A DNA stretch of 63,535 nucleotides, the filler included, from Octopus bimaculoides (Eukaryota), in assembly GCF_001194135.2 (NCBI RefSeq). It is 7 parts of 7 records of this genome, joined end to end, with 100 filler letters (N's around TTAATTAATTAA, not from the genome) between each part and the next. Parts side by side here need not be neighbours in the genome. Positions count along the whole stretch, not along the records: positions 1 to 20,009 come from NC_068981.1; positions 20,110 to 41,033 come from NC_068988.1; 5 more parts are not named here. One strand, given 5' to 3'. Position 1 is the first letter of the stretch; each line of letters starts with the position of its first letter. A program made the position numbers and the translations under genes. Of the stretch, positions 10,934 to 22,011 are shown one piece after another. Below the pieces are notes generated by a model that was not told the DNA's origin, did no database searches, and was given only the letters and a program-made list of their open reading frames with translations.

Positions 10934-12009
10934 AAATACAACAATAATAATAATAAATGAATGTATATATCAACCAACAATAAATAACAAATGAATGTAT
11001 ATAAAATACTTATTATANNNNNNNNNNNNNNNNNNNNNNNNNNNNNNNNNNNNNNNNNNNNNNNNNNNNNNNNNNNNNNNNNNNNNNNNNNNNNNNNNNN
11101 NNNNNNNNNNNNNNNNNNNNNNNNNNNNNNNNNNNNNNNNNNNNNNNNNNNNNNNNNNNNNNNNNNNNNNNNNNNNNNNNNNNNNNNNNNNNNNNNNNNN
11201 NNNNNNNNNNNNNNNNNNNNNNNNNNNNNNNNNNNNNNNNNNNNNNNNNNNNNNNNNNNNNNNNNNNNNNNNNNNNNNNNNNNNNNNNNNNNNNNNNNNN
11301 NNNNNNNNNNNNNNNNNNNNNNNNNNNNNNNNNNNNNNNNNNNNNNNNNNNNNNNNNNNNNNNNNNNNNNNNNNNNNNNNNNNNNNNNNNNNNNNNNNNN
11401 NNNNNNNNNNNNNNNNNNNNNNNNNNNNNNNNNNNNNNNNNNNNNNNNNNNNNNNNNNNNNNNNNNNNNNNNNNNNNNNNNNNNNNNNNNNNNNNNNNNN
11501 NNNNNNNNNNNNNNNNNNNNNNNNNNNNNNNNNNNNNNNNNNNNNNNNNNNNNNNNNNNNNNNNNNNNNNNNNNNNNNNNNNNNNNNNNNNNNNNNNNNN
11601 NNNNNNNNNNNNNNNNNNNNNNNNNNNNNNNNNNNNNNNNNNNNNNNNNNNNNNNNNNNNNNNNNNNNNNNNNNNNNNNNNNNNNNNNNNNNNNNNNNNN
11701 NNNNNNNNNNNNNNNNNNNNNNNNNNNNNNNNNNNNNNNNNNNNNNNNNNNNNNNNNNNNNNNNNNNNNNNNNNNNNNNNNNNNNNNNNNNNNNNNNNNN
11801 NNNNNNNNNNNNNNNNNNNNNNNNNNNNNNNNNNNNNNNNNNNNNNNNNNNNNNNNNNNNNNNNNNNNNNNNNNNNNNNNNNNNNNNNNNNNNNNNNNNN
11901 NNNNNNNNNNNNNNNNNNNNNNNNNNNNNNNNNNNNNNNNNNNNNNNNNNNNNNNNNNNNNNNNNNNNNNNNNNNNNNNNNNNNNNNNNNNNNNNNNNNN
12001 NNNNNNNNN

Positions 12010-12174
12010 CTACACTCTCTGAGTGGTTGGCGTTAGGAAGGGCATCCAGCTGTAGAAACTCTGCCAAATCAGATTGGAGCTTCGTGTAGCCATCTGGTTT
12101 CACCAGTCCTCAGTCAAATCGTCCAACCCATGCTAGCATGGAAAGCGGACGTTAAACGATGATGATGATGATGA
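12010..12174 (+). mobile_element. RTE-tailed retroposon family A, 3' part
   Basis: GAAGGGCATCCAGCTGTAGAAACTCTGCC…CCCATGCTAGCATGGAAAGCGGACGTTAAACGATGATGATG. Confidence 0.9.
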
Positions 12175-12220
12175 ATTCCTGATAAAATGTTGAAGTGGCT
12201 ATGAACATTACTTATATGCT

Positions 12221-12551
12221 GAGACCCCCTTCGGTCGTGACTGACCATGGGATTGCACCTAGAAAGTTACCCTTCCAGGCACAAGTCCGGGCAAGGTTGT
12301 TTATGGAAGACTAGCAGTCGCCCATGCATACCGGCCTCCCCTCTCCATACCACCAGTGTTATCCAAAGGAACGGCAAAGGTCGATACAGCTTGGCACCTG
12401 TGATGTTGCAACTTATTTCTACAGCTGAGTGAACTGGAGCAACATAAAGTGTCTTGCTCAAGAACACAACATGCAGCTTGGCCCAGGATTCAAACTCACA
12501 ACCTCACGATCGTAAGCGTGACGCTGTAACCACTGAGCCATGCACCTTCAC
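12221..12551 (-). mobile_element. tRNA-derived SINE family D
   Basis: Full-length homology to 2929-3251. Confidence 0.85.
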
Positions 12552-12597
12552 AACCCATGCTAGCATGGAAAGCGGACGTTAAACGATATATATATAG

Positions 12598-12808
12598 TCT
12601 GTAGCCACTTCAATATGGCTGTCTGTTTGAACGGACTTTACTGTGATTTTTTAACCCCATGAGGACATCTCCTCTAGCTGGTTAATGATGCACAGCTACA
12701 TCTGAGATATTGCAAGCAACGTTAACCAGCTAGAGGAGATGTCCTCTTGGGGGTTAAAAAATTGCAGTAAAGTCCATTTGAATGGACAGCCATGTTGAAG
12801 TAGCTATG
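12598..12808. repeat. Long foldback palindrome (about 85-bp arms), probable MITE
   Basis: Left arm GTAGCCACTTCAATATGGCTGTC…GAGGACATCTCCTCTAGCTGGTTAA pairs with right arm TTAACCAGCTAGAGGAGATGTCCTC…GACAGCCATGTTGAAGTAGCTAT, around a roughly 37-nt loop. Confidence 0.85.
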
Positions 12809-13029
12809 AACATTACTAGTACAACTACTGCATTGATCTCTTAGATTTTAGAACTAGCATTTTCGCTTATATACATACATATATATNNNNNNNNNNNNNN
12901 NNNNNNNNNNNNNNNNNNNNNNNNNNNNNNNNNNNNNNNNNNNNNNNNNNNNNNNNNNNNNNNNNNNNNNNNNNNNNNNNNNNNNNNNNNNNNNNNNNNN
13001 NNNNNNNNNNNNNNNNNNNNNNNNNNNNC

Positions 13030-13370
13030 TAGCATGGGTTGGACGATTTGATTGAGGACTGGTGAAACTGGATGGCAACACCAGGTTCCAATCTAATTTG
13101 GCAGAGTTTCTACAGCTGGATGCCCTTCCTAACGCCAACCACTCAGAGAGTGTAGTGGGTGCTTTTACGTGTCACCTGCACGAAAACGGCCACGCTTGAA
13201 ATGGTGTCTTTTATGTGCCACCCGCACAAGAGCCAGTCCAGGGGCACTGGTAACGATCTCGCTCGAAAACCCTACAAAGGCCAGTCAGGTAGTACTGGCA
13301 ATGGTCACGCTCAAGATGGTACATCTTATGTGCCACCCACACAAGAGCCAGTCCAGGGGCACTGGCAACG
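13030..13370 (-). mobile_element. RTE-tailed retroposon family A with internal repeat units
   Basis: Tail homology plus repeated GAGCCAGTCCAGGGGCACTGG units. Confidence 0.85.
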
Positions 13371-13389
13371 ATATATATATATACACACA

Positions 13390-13881
13390 TAGGTTGTTCA
13401 TAAAGTCATGGTGCAATTTAAAATACTTATATCTTTGTCACTATTCATGATAGAATTAATTCATAACAAGGATAAGAAAGAAGAATGACCTAAATTTTTT
13501 ATTCATCTTGTTAATTTTCAACAAGTTCACCATTATTACCAATACAAGGAGAAATACAATTCTGTAGTTGTCAGAAAATATTTTCCAGCTGATTTTCAGT
13601 AACACCTTCAATCACATCAGTTATCCTTGCTTTCAAGTCTTCTAAAGATCACGGTTTAGTTGAATAAACAATACTTTACACATGTCCCCATAAAAAGAAA
13701 TCCAAGAGAGTCAAATCTGGTGAACGTGAAGGCCAAAATAATGGCCTGCTTCTTCCAGTCTATTTGTTAGGGTGCACCATCTTGTTGAAAAACTGTATTC
13801 TCTATCAGTTTTAATTGGTCCAGCTTAGGAAGGAAGTATTATGATTTTGTAGCATTACACCATGAGTTTATGAACACCCTG
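13390..13881 (-). mobile_element. Deleted Tc1/mariner-superfamily element (rosa/DD41D-like motifs)
   Basis: TIRs AGGTTGTTCATAAAGTCATGGTGCAAT and ATTACACCATGAGTTTATGAACACCCTG. Minus-strand remnants FQQDGAP and WPSRSPDLTLLDFFLWGHV with stops. Confidence 0.75.
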
Positions 13882-14302
13882 TGTGTGTGTGTATGTGTGT
13901 GTATGTGTGTGTATGTGTGTGTGTGTATGTGTGTGAGTCTTTGTCCCCCCCCCCCATCATTGCTTGACAACTGGTTGGTGTGTTTACGTCCCCATAACTT
14001 AATGATTTGACAAAGAGACTGATAGCATAAGTCCTGAATGCTTTACAGTAACCAATTTGGTATCTCATTGTACCAAATTCATATTCTGCAAGAGCTGAGC
14101 TAACCGTTTGCCCTTTTAAGTGTTGATATTAATAACAATAATATAACAAAATTAATAAGCTGAGGACCACAACAAGTAATTTTTGATGAAGCAAAATAAA
14201 TCATACATTTTTGTTTTTGCCATTTTATCATTATTTCAGTTAAAATTAAGGGTGCGGTTACCGGAATTGTCATCATGATGGAAAAAAAAAATACTCTTGT
14301 AG

Positions 14303-14520
14303 TCATCATCATCATCATCATTGTTTAACGTCTGCTTTCCATGCTGGCATGGGTTGGACGATTCAACTGGAGTCTGGGAAGCCAGGAGGCTACACCAGGC
14401 TCCAATCTGATTTGGCAGAGTTTCTACAGCTGGATGCCCTTCCTAACGCCAACCACTCCGAGAGTGTAGTGGGTGCTTTTAAGTGCCTCTGGCATGAGGA
14501 CCAGTCACACGGTACTGGCA
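14303..14520 (-). mobile_element. RTE-tailed retroposon family A
   Basis: (CAT)n tail followed by TTTAACGTCTGCTTTCCATGCTGGCATGGG…. Confidence 0.85.
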
Positions 14521-14901
14521 AACCTTTTATCATATGAATTCAAATCTTGCCAAGTTTCACTTAGCCTTTCGCTTTTGTGATTGATAACATAAGTAACAGT
14601 GTACCATTGGAACAGGTACAGTTAGTTCTTCAGTACCTTTAGTAGAATTCTACTCTTTCAAGCATCCAGGTAAAATTTCATGCCTGCGGATAGACACCCA
14701 GGTATCATGATATACAGTCTCCTACTATAGCAATCCAGCGGAGGGACATAGCATTATGGTTAGGGTGTTGGACTCATGTGCATAACACTTCATTTCATGT
14801 TGCTCCAGTTCACTCAGCTGGAAAACATGAGTAATCCTGCAAATGCTTGGCATCCTATCCAGGGAGGAGTAAATATGCCAGAGAAACTGGTCCTATGATC
14901 C

Positions 14902-15116
14902 TTAACCCTTTAGCGTTCAGATTAATTTGTCAAAAGTAATCCTTATTTATTCACATTAAAAATTTTTTATCTGATATTATTTTGTAGCTTCAAGATAGGA
15001 AAGATGTAATTGCTTATTTTTAGAATGACATTGCAGGGTAGGTTCTGGCCGGTTTGAGCATAAAATGTGTAGAATATCTGGGCCGGATACAGCCAGTTTA
15101 AACACTAAAGGGTTAA
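14902..15116 (+). mobile_element. piggyBac-type MITE with TTAA target duplication
   Basis: TTAA-CCCTTTAGCGTT … AACACTAAAGGG-TTAA. Confidence 0.85.
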
Positions 15117-15725
15117 GGAGTAAATTGGACTAACTACTACAGCAACCCAAGTGCAATTGTTTCTTCTTCCTTTGTTCTTCTTCAAAGATAGGATGGTCAT
15201 GGTTAGAATACCTTTGATCAAAAGTCTGCTTGAATCAACAAAAAACACTGATTTTTAAAATTTTGGTATGAGACCAAATTTTTTGTTTTTCTCCTCTTTT
15301 TTCTTTCTTGCTTTTTTTTTTACAAGTAACAGTTATATTAAATTGAATCTCAGTACTTGACAATACTATATTTTAAAGACATTGAATAGGATGAAAAACA
15401 AAGACGATTTAAACATGGAAAATAAAAGAGAAATGGATAACAGGTTTTATGGCGGTGGGGTTGCAGAAGTTTATGACCTCCTTAGTACTCATACAATCAT
15501 ACTTGGACATGTGCACACATACACACAAATACATGAATACATAAATGTACACTCACACCCACACACAGAGGAAGAAACATAAAGAGAAAATGAGAAAGAG
15601 AGAAGGAGGAAAGAGTGAGAGGGAGAGAGAGAGAGATAAGGAAAACAAAAATAGCTACAACTACGTGTTTACAAAGAAAGAAATACTATAAAGAATATTG
15701 TATTGTGTGTGTGTGTGTGTGTGTT

Positions 15726-15780
<55 letters not shown>

Positions 15781-15879
15781 ACAGAAAGAGGGTTAGAGAG
15801 AGAGAATGTGTGTTAAAGAAATCTTGCCTTTTCTCCGAATTTTTGTGTGCTAAGTGCTCTTTCTGAATTTGTATATTAC

Positions 15880-15902
15880 AATCTTTTCCTGAAGGTGCTT
15901 GA
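15880..15902 (-). CDS. Candidate 23-nt microexon of the minus-strand gene
   Basis: Very strong acceptor (T)14-cag| then TCAAGCACCTTCAGGAAAAGATT|gtaata. In phase with the phase-2 end of exon 18319-18378 it would read H-QAPSGKD. The donor is only moderate. Confidence 0.3.
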
Positions 15903-16039
15903 CTGAAAAAAAAAAAAAAATTGTTGCATGAAAATTATAAACTCATAATTAATTCTCAGTTATACTTAATGAAAGTGGTGTAAATTGCAATCAGCTGATC
16001 TGATTAAAGTTATCTCCCTTAATTGTTATTTTTAAGATT

Positions 16040-16267
16040 TTAACCCTTTTGATATCAATCTGTCCAAGTTTGCCACTGGTTTTGTTATATAAAGTAACTG
16101 TTTTAAAGGATCAAATTAAAATCTTCCATCCGAATTTTATGTTAAATTATATTCCAAACATCAACTTAATAAGGACAAAATTATTTTACTAAATTCCTCA
16201 TTATTTTCAAAACTGATTGAAACAAAGGCAGCATATTTTGACAGAAATGTGGTAACAGAAACATTAA
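16040..16267. mobile_element. Second TTAA-type MITE family (degenerate)
   Basis: TTAA-CCCTTTTGATATC start. The end …TGGTAACAGAAACATTAA resembles an inverted terminus. Confidence 0.5.
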
Positions 16268-16572
16268 ACACCATTAGAGGAAGTTTTGTCAGTTGATTAC
16301 TTCAACATTCTCAAATGATCAAAGTTTTTTAACCCACTATATAACATGAGACCCTACCATATTTTCAAACAAGGTGGCAAGTTCTTATAAGCCATTTTCA
16401 AAGAGATTGATAGCAAGTTTTATAGAAGTCGTTTTTAAACAAGGCAAGTTTGGTAGAGAACCCAGTGTTAAACAGAAATTTTTAGACTAGCTTTTTTCCT
16501 AACCCCAAAGCTTTGTAAAATTGAATGCCTTTTGACATTGCAAGAAATGGCTATTATTATATGTGCATGGGA

Positions 16573-16852
16573 AGGTGGTGAGGTGGCAGGAACATTAGCA
16601 TGCCAGACAAAATGCTTGGTAGCATTTTGTTTGTCTTTACGCTTTCTGTGTTTGAATTCTGCTGAGGGTGACTTTGTTTAGGGGTCGATAAAATAAGTAC
16701 CAGTTGAACACTTGGGTCAATGTCATTGGCTAGCCTCCGTCCCTAAACTTCAGGCCTGGTGTCTATAACAGAAAGGTGCAGGCATGGCTGTGTAGTTAAG
16801 AAGCTCACTTTGTAACCACATGATTTTGGGTTCAGTTCTACTGCATGGTACA
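16573..16852 (+). mobile_element. SINE family C followed by the head of a family B SINE
   Basis: GAGGTGGCAGGAACATTAGCATGCCAGAC…GGGGTCGATAAAATAAGTACCAGTTG, then GCATGGCTGTGTAGTTAAGAAGCT…GGGTTCAGTTC. Confidence 0.75.
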
Positions 16853-16879
16853 TTGGATTATTATCTTCTACATAAATAG

Positions 16880-17228
16880 CACCATTTGAGCGTGATCATT
16901 ACCAGTGCTGCCTTACTGGCACTTGTGCCGGTGGCACATGAAAAAACATTCAAGCAAGGTTGTTGCCAGTGTCGCTGGACTGGCTCCTGTGCAGGTGGCA
17001 TGTAAAAAGCACCATCTGACTGGCCCTCGTGCCGGTGGCACGTAAAAGCACCCACTACACTCTCGGAGTGGTTGCCGTTAGGAAGGGCATCCAGCTGTAG
17101 AAACTCTGCCAAATCAGATTGGAGCCTGGTGTAGCCATCTGGTTCGCCAGTCCTCAGTCAAATCGTCCAACCCATGCCAGCATGGAAAGCGGACATTAAA
17201 CGATGATGATGATGATGATGACGATGAC
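16880..17228 (+). mobile_element. RTE-tailed retroposon family A
   Basis: Internal GCCAGT/ACTGGC units, then …CCCATGCCAGCATGGAAAGCGGACATTAAACGATG(ATG)n. Confidence 0.9.
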
Positions 17229-17289
17229 TATTGTCCTGGCATGACCAAATGCTCTGTGAATGAATTTAGTAGACAGCAACTATAAGGCA

Positions 17290-17526
17290 AAGCTCCTTCC
17301 CAAGCCATTGGCTCATAAGGCCAGTTTCTCAGAGGCACATATATTCCCCCACAATACGGGATGTGAGTCTGTCACAAGATTACTCATTTTTGCCACCTGA
17401 ATGAGCAACACGAAATGAAGTGTTCTGCTCAAGAGCACAATACACCACTTGGTTACCTGGTAGGGAATTAAAATTACAATTATGTAATCATGAGTGTAAC
17501 ACCCTAACCACTAGGCTATGTGCCTC

Positions 17527-17530
<4 letters not shown>
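17290..17530 (-). mobile_element. tRNA-headed SINE (as 9130-9368)
   Basis: GATTACTCATTTTTGCCACCTGA…TGCTCAAGAGCACAA…CCCTAACCACTAGGCTATGTGCCTCC. Confidence 0.7.
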
Positions 17531-17561
<31 letters not shown>

Positions 17562-17941
17562 ATGGATGTGTGCATCTTTGTGTTTGCAGTACGTGTGTCT
17601 TTCACCACTACTCGGTAGCTAGTGTTGGTTTATTTATGCCCATATAAGTTAGAAGTTCAACAAGTGACACCAATAGACACTGATAGACACCAGGCTTAAA
17701 AAAAAGTCCTGGGATCCATTTGCTAGACTAAACCATTCAAGGCAGTATCCCAGCATGGCTACAGTCCAATAACTAAAACAAATAAAGGATAAAAGATGGG
17801 CTGAAGAATTGATCATATTGTGAGGACGATGGTCAAGACAATAGAACAGTGTTCTAGTAGCTTGGACAGATACTGTTTTTACTCATGTAGCTCATCCCTA
17901 ATTTCTTTAGTCTCTAGTAGGTACCTCTAAATGCTTTTGAA

Positions 17942-18235
17942 CAGTGGTTTTCGGCTGGGGTCTATATGGCCTCTGGGGGTCTGTACAGTATTTTAGGGAT
18001 CCACAATAATTTTTTGTTTTAGATGCATTTATCATAAGAAACAGCTAGGATTCTTTCCCCAACATTACATATAGTTCAAACTACACAAGTGGATGTGTGA
18101 AAAAAATCAAAATAGGAATTTTGAAAGACGTATCCATGAAACTAGTTTTTAAACATCAAATGGCTGTGGGGGTTCACCAGAATAGAATAGTAATTAAAGG
18201 GTTCACAGGTAAAAAAAAATGGGTGAGAACCACTG
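17942..18235. mobile_element. hAT (Charlie-type) MITE with 8-bp TSD
   Basis: TIRs CAGTGGTTTTC and GAGAACCACTG. Flanks CTTTTGAA / CTTTAGAA match at 7 of 8 positions. Confidence 0.8.
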
Positions 18236-18318
18236 CTTTAGAATAACTAAAAATTGATATGATGTATATACTCTGTGATGGTGTTTCAAACATTTTACAG
18301 TACAATTAAAATACTTAC

Positions 18319-18378
18319 TGTTGATGTTTTCTAGCAATTGGTCTATTGCATGATAAACATTTATCAGGACACAATTTT
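18319..18378 (-). CDS. Internal coding exon (CxxC motif) of the QRICH2/C16orf96-like gene
   Basis: Acceptor ttttgttttattttatag|A and consensus donor CA|gtaagtat. 60 nt, phase 2-2, KLCPDKCLSCNRPIARKHQ, resembling the recalled DUF4795 motif CLSCDRP. A second frame is also open. Confidence 0.7.
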
Positions 18379-18405
18379 CTATAAAATAAAACAAAAATTT
18401 ATAGG

Positions 18406-18571
18406 CACAGGCGTCGTTGTGTGGTAAGAAGCTTACTTTCCAGCCACATGGAAAAAAGTTCAGACCCACTGAGTGGCACCTTGGGCAAGTGTTTTCTACT
18501 ATAGCCTCGGGCCAACCAAAGCCTTGTGAGTGGATTTGGTAGACGGAAATTGAAAGAAACCAATCGCGTAT

Positions 18572-18609
<38 letters not shown>

Positions 18610-18845
18610 ATGTGTGTGTGTGTGCACCTGTGTGTATTTTTGCATCTGTGTTTGTCCCCCCATCATCGCTTGACAACTTGTGTTGGTGTGTTTATGTTCC
18701 TGTAGCTTAGTGATTCGGCAAAGAGACCGATAGAATAAGTACTAGGCTTAAAAAATAAGTCCCGGGGTCGAATTGTTTGACAAAAAAACCTTTCAAGGTG
18801 GTGCTTCAGCATGGCTGCAGTCAAATGACTGCAACAGATAAAAGA
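18406..18845 (+). mobile_element. tRNA-derived SINE family B with internal (TG)n
   Basis: Head GCGTCGTTGTGTGGTAAGAAGCTT…GTTCAGACCCACTG, body GGCACCTTGGGCAAG…GTGGATTTGGTAGACGGAAA, tail …GCATGGCTGCAGTCAAATGACTG. Confidence 0.85.
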
Positions 18846-19303
18846 CTAAAAAAAAAAAAAGCTAACTTCTTATCTCAAGTATCACAGCATATGTATCTGC
18901 TCTAAAAAGTAGTGGAGAAACTCCCAGACAGCAGTGTTTAGTAGGCAATTTCAATCTCAGATTTAAGCCATTTCCCCTGACCTGTTTCTTGTCCTTTGTC
19001 TTTGTGTCTGGGTAGAGCTGCTTGACATCTCTTATTTACACTGTCCTTTCTATAATAGCAATATAACACAAAGGAAACCAGCAACCCAGTCTTCAGACAA
19101 TGCAACAGTATCATCACCATCATCATCATCAATGTTGTTGTTGTTGTTATTGTTGTTGACACCCTCCTTTTCAGCAGCATGGTGGTAATTGCATTATTGT
19201 CCTCTTCACCATTGTCGTTCTTGTCCTCGTCAACATTATCAGCAATGTTGTTGTCATTGTCATTGTTGTTGAATCTCATAGTATAATAACATATTTTCTT
19301 TAC

Positions 19304-19403
19304 TGCAAAAACTCGACATTTTATTGCATTATCAATAAAGGATTCTTTCTTTGGCTCTGGAATACTTTCCAAATAGTGTTCAGTTATCTGTAAAAGTCTT
19401 TTC
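19304..19403 (-). CDS. Candidate upstream exon of the QRICH2/C16orf96-like gene
   Basis: Acceptor ccttatactcactcag|G and donor GCA|gtaaag. Reads (W)KRLLQITEHYLESIPEPKKESFIDNAIKCRVFA, loosely like recalled QRICH2 WKSLRQQL…DEAAAMRR. It ends in phase 0 while 18378 starts in phase 2, so the join is unresolved. Confidence 0.4.
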
Positions 19404-19729
19404 CTGAGTGAGTATAAGGAATAGCTTCTTTGTTTGTTTGTCTTTGTTTGTCCCCACCATGTAATGCCTTTATAGCAAAATTTATGAAATAAATAAGGAA
19501 TAGACAAAGCAAAAAAAAAACAACTTTGTCTTTCAAACTTAATTTTCATTTGGTTTTTACATTATGATGACGACAGCGGCAGTGGCAACAACGACAGCGG
19601 TGGTGACAATGACACTTGCACACAGACAAAAATATATTAACAACAGATAAAGTGGTATTTTTAAAGAAACCACTTTTGCTTCTGTCATTACACAAACAGA
19701 ATTTTTAGATTTCAAGAGGTCATCATCGT

Positions 19730-20009
19730 CCCACTGCGTGGCACCTTGGGCAAGTTTCTTCTACTATAGCCTTGGGCCGACCAAAGCCTTGTGAGTGGAT
19801 TTGGTAGATGGAAACTGAAAGAAGACCGTCATATCATCATCATCGTTTAACGTCCGCTTTCCATGCTAGCATGGGTTGGACGATTTGACTGAGGACTGGT
19901 GAAACCGGATGGCAACACCAGGCTCCAATCTAATTTGGCAGAGTTTCTACAGCTGGATGCCCTTCCTGACGCCAACCACTCCAAGAGTGTAGTGGGTGCT
20001 TTTACGTGT
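19730..20009. mobile_element. Family B SINE body (+) abutting a family A retroposon tail (-)
   Basis: CCCACTGCGTGGCACCTTGGGCAAG…GGAAACTGAAAGAAG, then CATCATCGTTTAACGTCCGCTTTCCATGCTAGC. Confidence 0.8.
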
Positions 20010-20053
20010 NNNNNNNNNNNNNNNNNNNNNNNNNNNNNNNNNNNNNNNNNNNN

Positions 20054-20065
20054 TTAATTAATTAA
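20054..20065. other. Assembly gap linker TTAATTAATTAA (also at 41078, 43428, 50075, 57025 and 62346)
   Basis: An identical 12-mer embedded in N runs six times. It carries stop codons in all six frames, so it is not biological sequence. Confidence 0.9.
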
Positions 20066-20109
20066 NNNNNNNNNNNNNNNNNNNNNNNNNNNNNNNNNNN
20101 NNNNNNNNN

Positions 20110-20173
<64 letters not shown>

Positions 20174-20192
20174 TAATAACAATAATAACAAC

Positions 20193-20272
<80 letters not shown>

Positions 20273-20336
20273 TAACAATAATAATAATAATAATAACAAT
20301 AATAATAATAATAACAATAATAATAATAATAATAAC

Positions 20337-20392
<56 letters not shown>
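20110..20392. repeat. (TAA)n/(CAA) microsatellite
   Basis: Direct inspection. Confidence 0.95.
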
Positions 20393-20393
<1 letters not shown>

Positions 20394-20499
20394 CCTTTCT
20401 GCTATAGGCACAAGACCAGAAATTTGAAGGCCGGAGACTAGTCAATTACATCGACCCGAGTGTTTCACTGGTACTTTTTTTAACGACCCCGAAAGGATG

Positions 20500-21330
20500 A
20501 AAGGCAAATAACATCAGCTGGATCATCCCAACTGGGAGAAGTCGCACCAGTCGAGCTGAACATCAGCTTAGAAATGCGCAAAGGTGCAGACATACCTCTT
20601 TCCTCTCTCACAGATTTATTCGACTGTGGACACTCCTCTAGCAAGAAAAACAATTTGGAAAAATCACTAGAACTAATTCTGGTGAAATGAAAAAGAAACG
20701 AAGTACAAAATGTAAAGGGCAGCAAGAGACTGAAAACGAAGAGGTTAGAGGGCGAGGCATAAAAACCAACAAATGATCAATCTTCCATACCGTCTACACC
20801 AAAACAGTTACAAACATGTCCAACACTACAAATATCATTGTAAAGCCCTCAACAAACAAAAACACTTAGCAATCCAGGCTAGTAGCATAAATATCACTCG
20901 TAAGGCTCCATCAATTACAGGGCCTTAAACACAAACAAGCACTCTTAATAAAACATATTCAAAAATTTACAGACATTACGCTAAAGGAATAGATCGCATC
21001 CCGTACGAGACACCCCAAATCAAAGAAACATTATAAAAACAACCCAAAAACAAACTGGAAACAAAATATTTCATATGAGTGGGACCATAGAAAGAAATCT
21101 CCGAAAGGAAATGCTTGTAGGAGAAAACCACGTTTTGTCAGAAGACAGATCACTTGACTCTCCACACAAATAGGATAAGTGACGCTGTTCATTCTCCACC
21201 TCGACTAACATAGCCATGTTCAGAATAGGAAGCATCAGTACATGCGCCCTAGGGTCGTCTTGAAAACAAGGCCACCTACGCAATGACCTCAGGTTACTAG
21301 GTATCATTCGTCCTCGCAAAATTGCTGAAA
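20500..21330 (+). mobile_element. Decayed non-LTR retrotransposon ORF1-like remnant
   Basis: A-rich strand with broken frames. Degenerate zinc-knuckle-like stretch CALGSS*KQGHLRNDL near 21240-21290. Confidence 0.3.
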
Positions 21331-21479
21331 TTTCACTGCGACGTCATTCAGAGCTCATTGTTTATTTATACAAGCTACTTAAGACGAGGCTTCGCATCGC
21401 AAGATTTTTCCGCGTTCTAATATTCACGGTTGTGTTAAATATCCATTTACAGGTACAGGCGATACGATGCAGTACCAAG

Positions 21480-22011
<532 letters not shown>

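Noticed and set aside
10970-12103. Long ORFs in the track here and at 47338-48222, 58644-59687 and 39670-40599
   Set aside because: Made almost entirely of N-gap codons.
14047-14120. Minus-strand SALAEYEFGTMRYQ, faintly like QRICH2 FELEQVRQH
   Set aside because: No convincing in-phase acceptor, and the similarity is too short to support.
20054-20445. Poly-Leu/Ile/Tyr ORFs (also 62840-63376 poly-Asn/Ile and many CVCV/HTHT/ERER ORFs)
   Set aside because: Translations of microsatellites.
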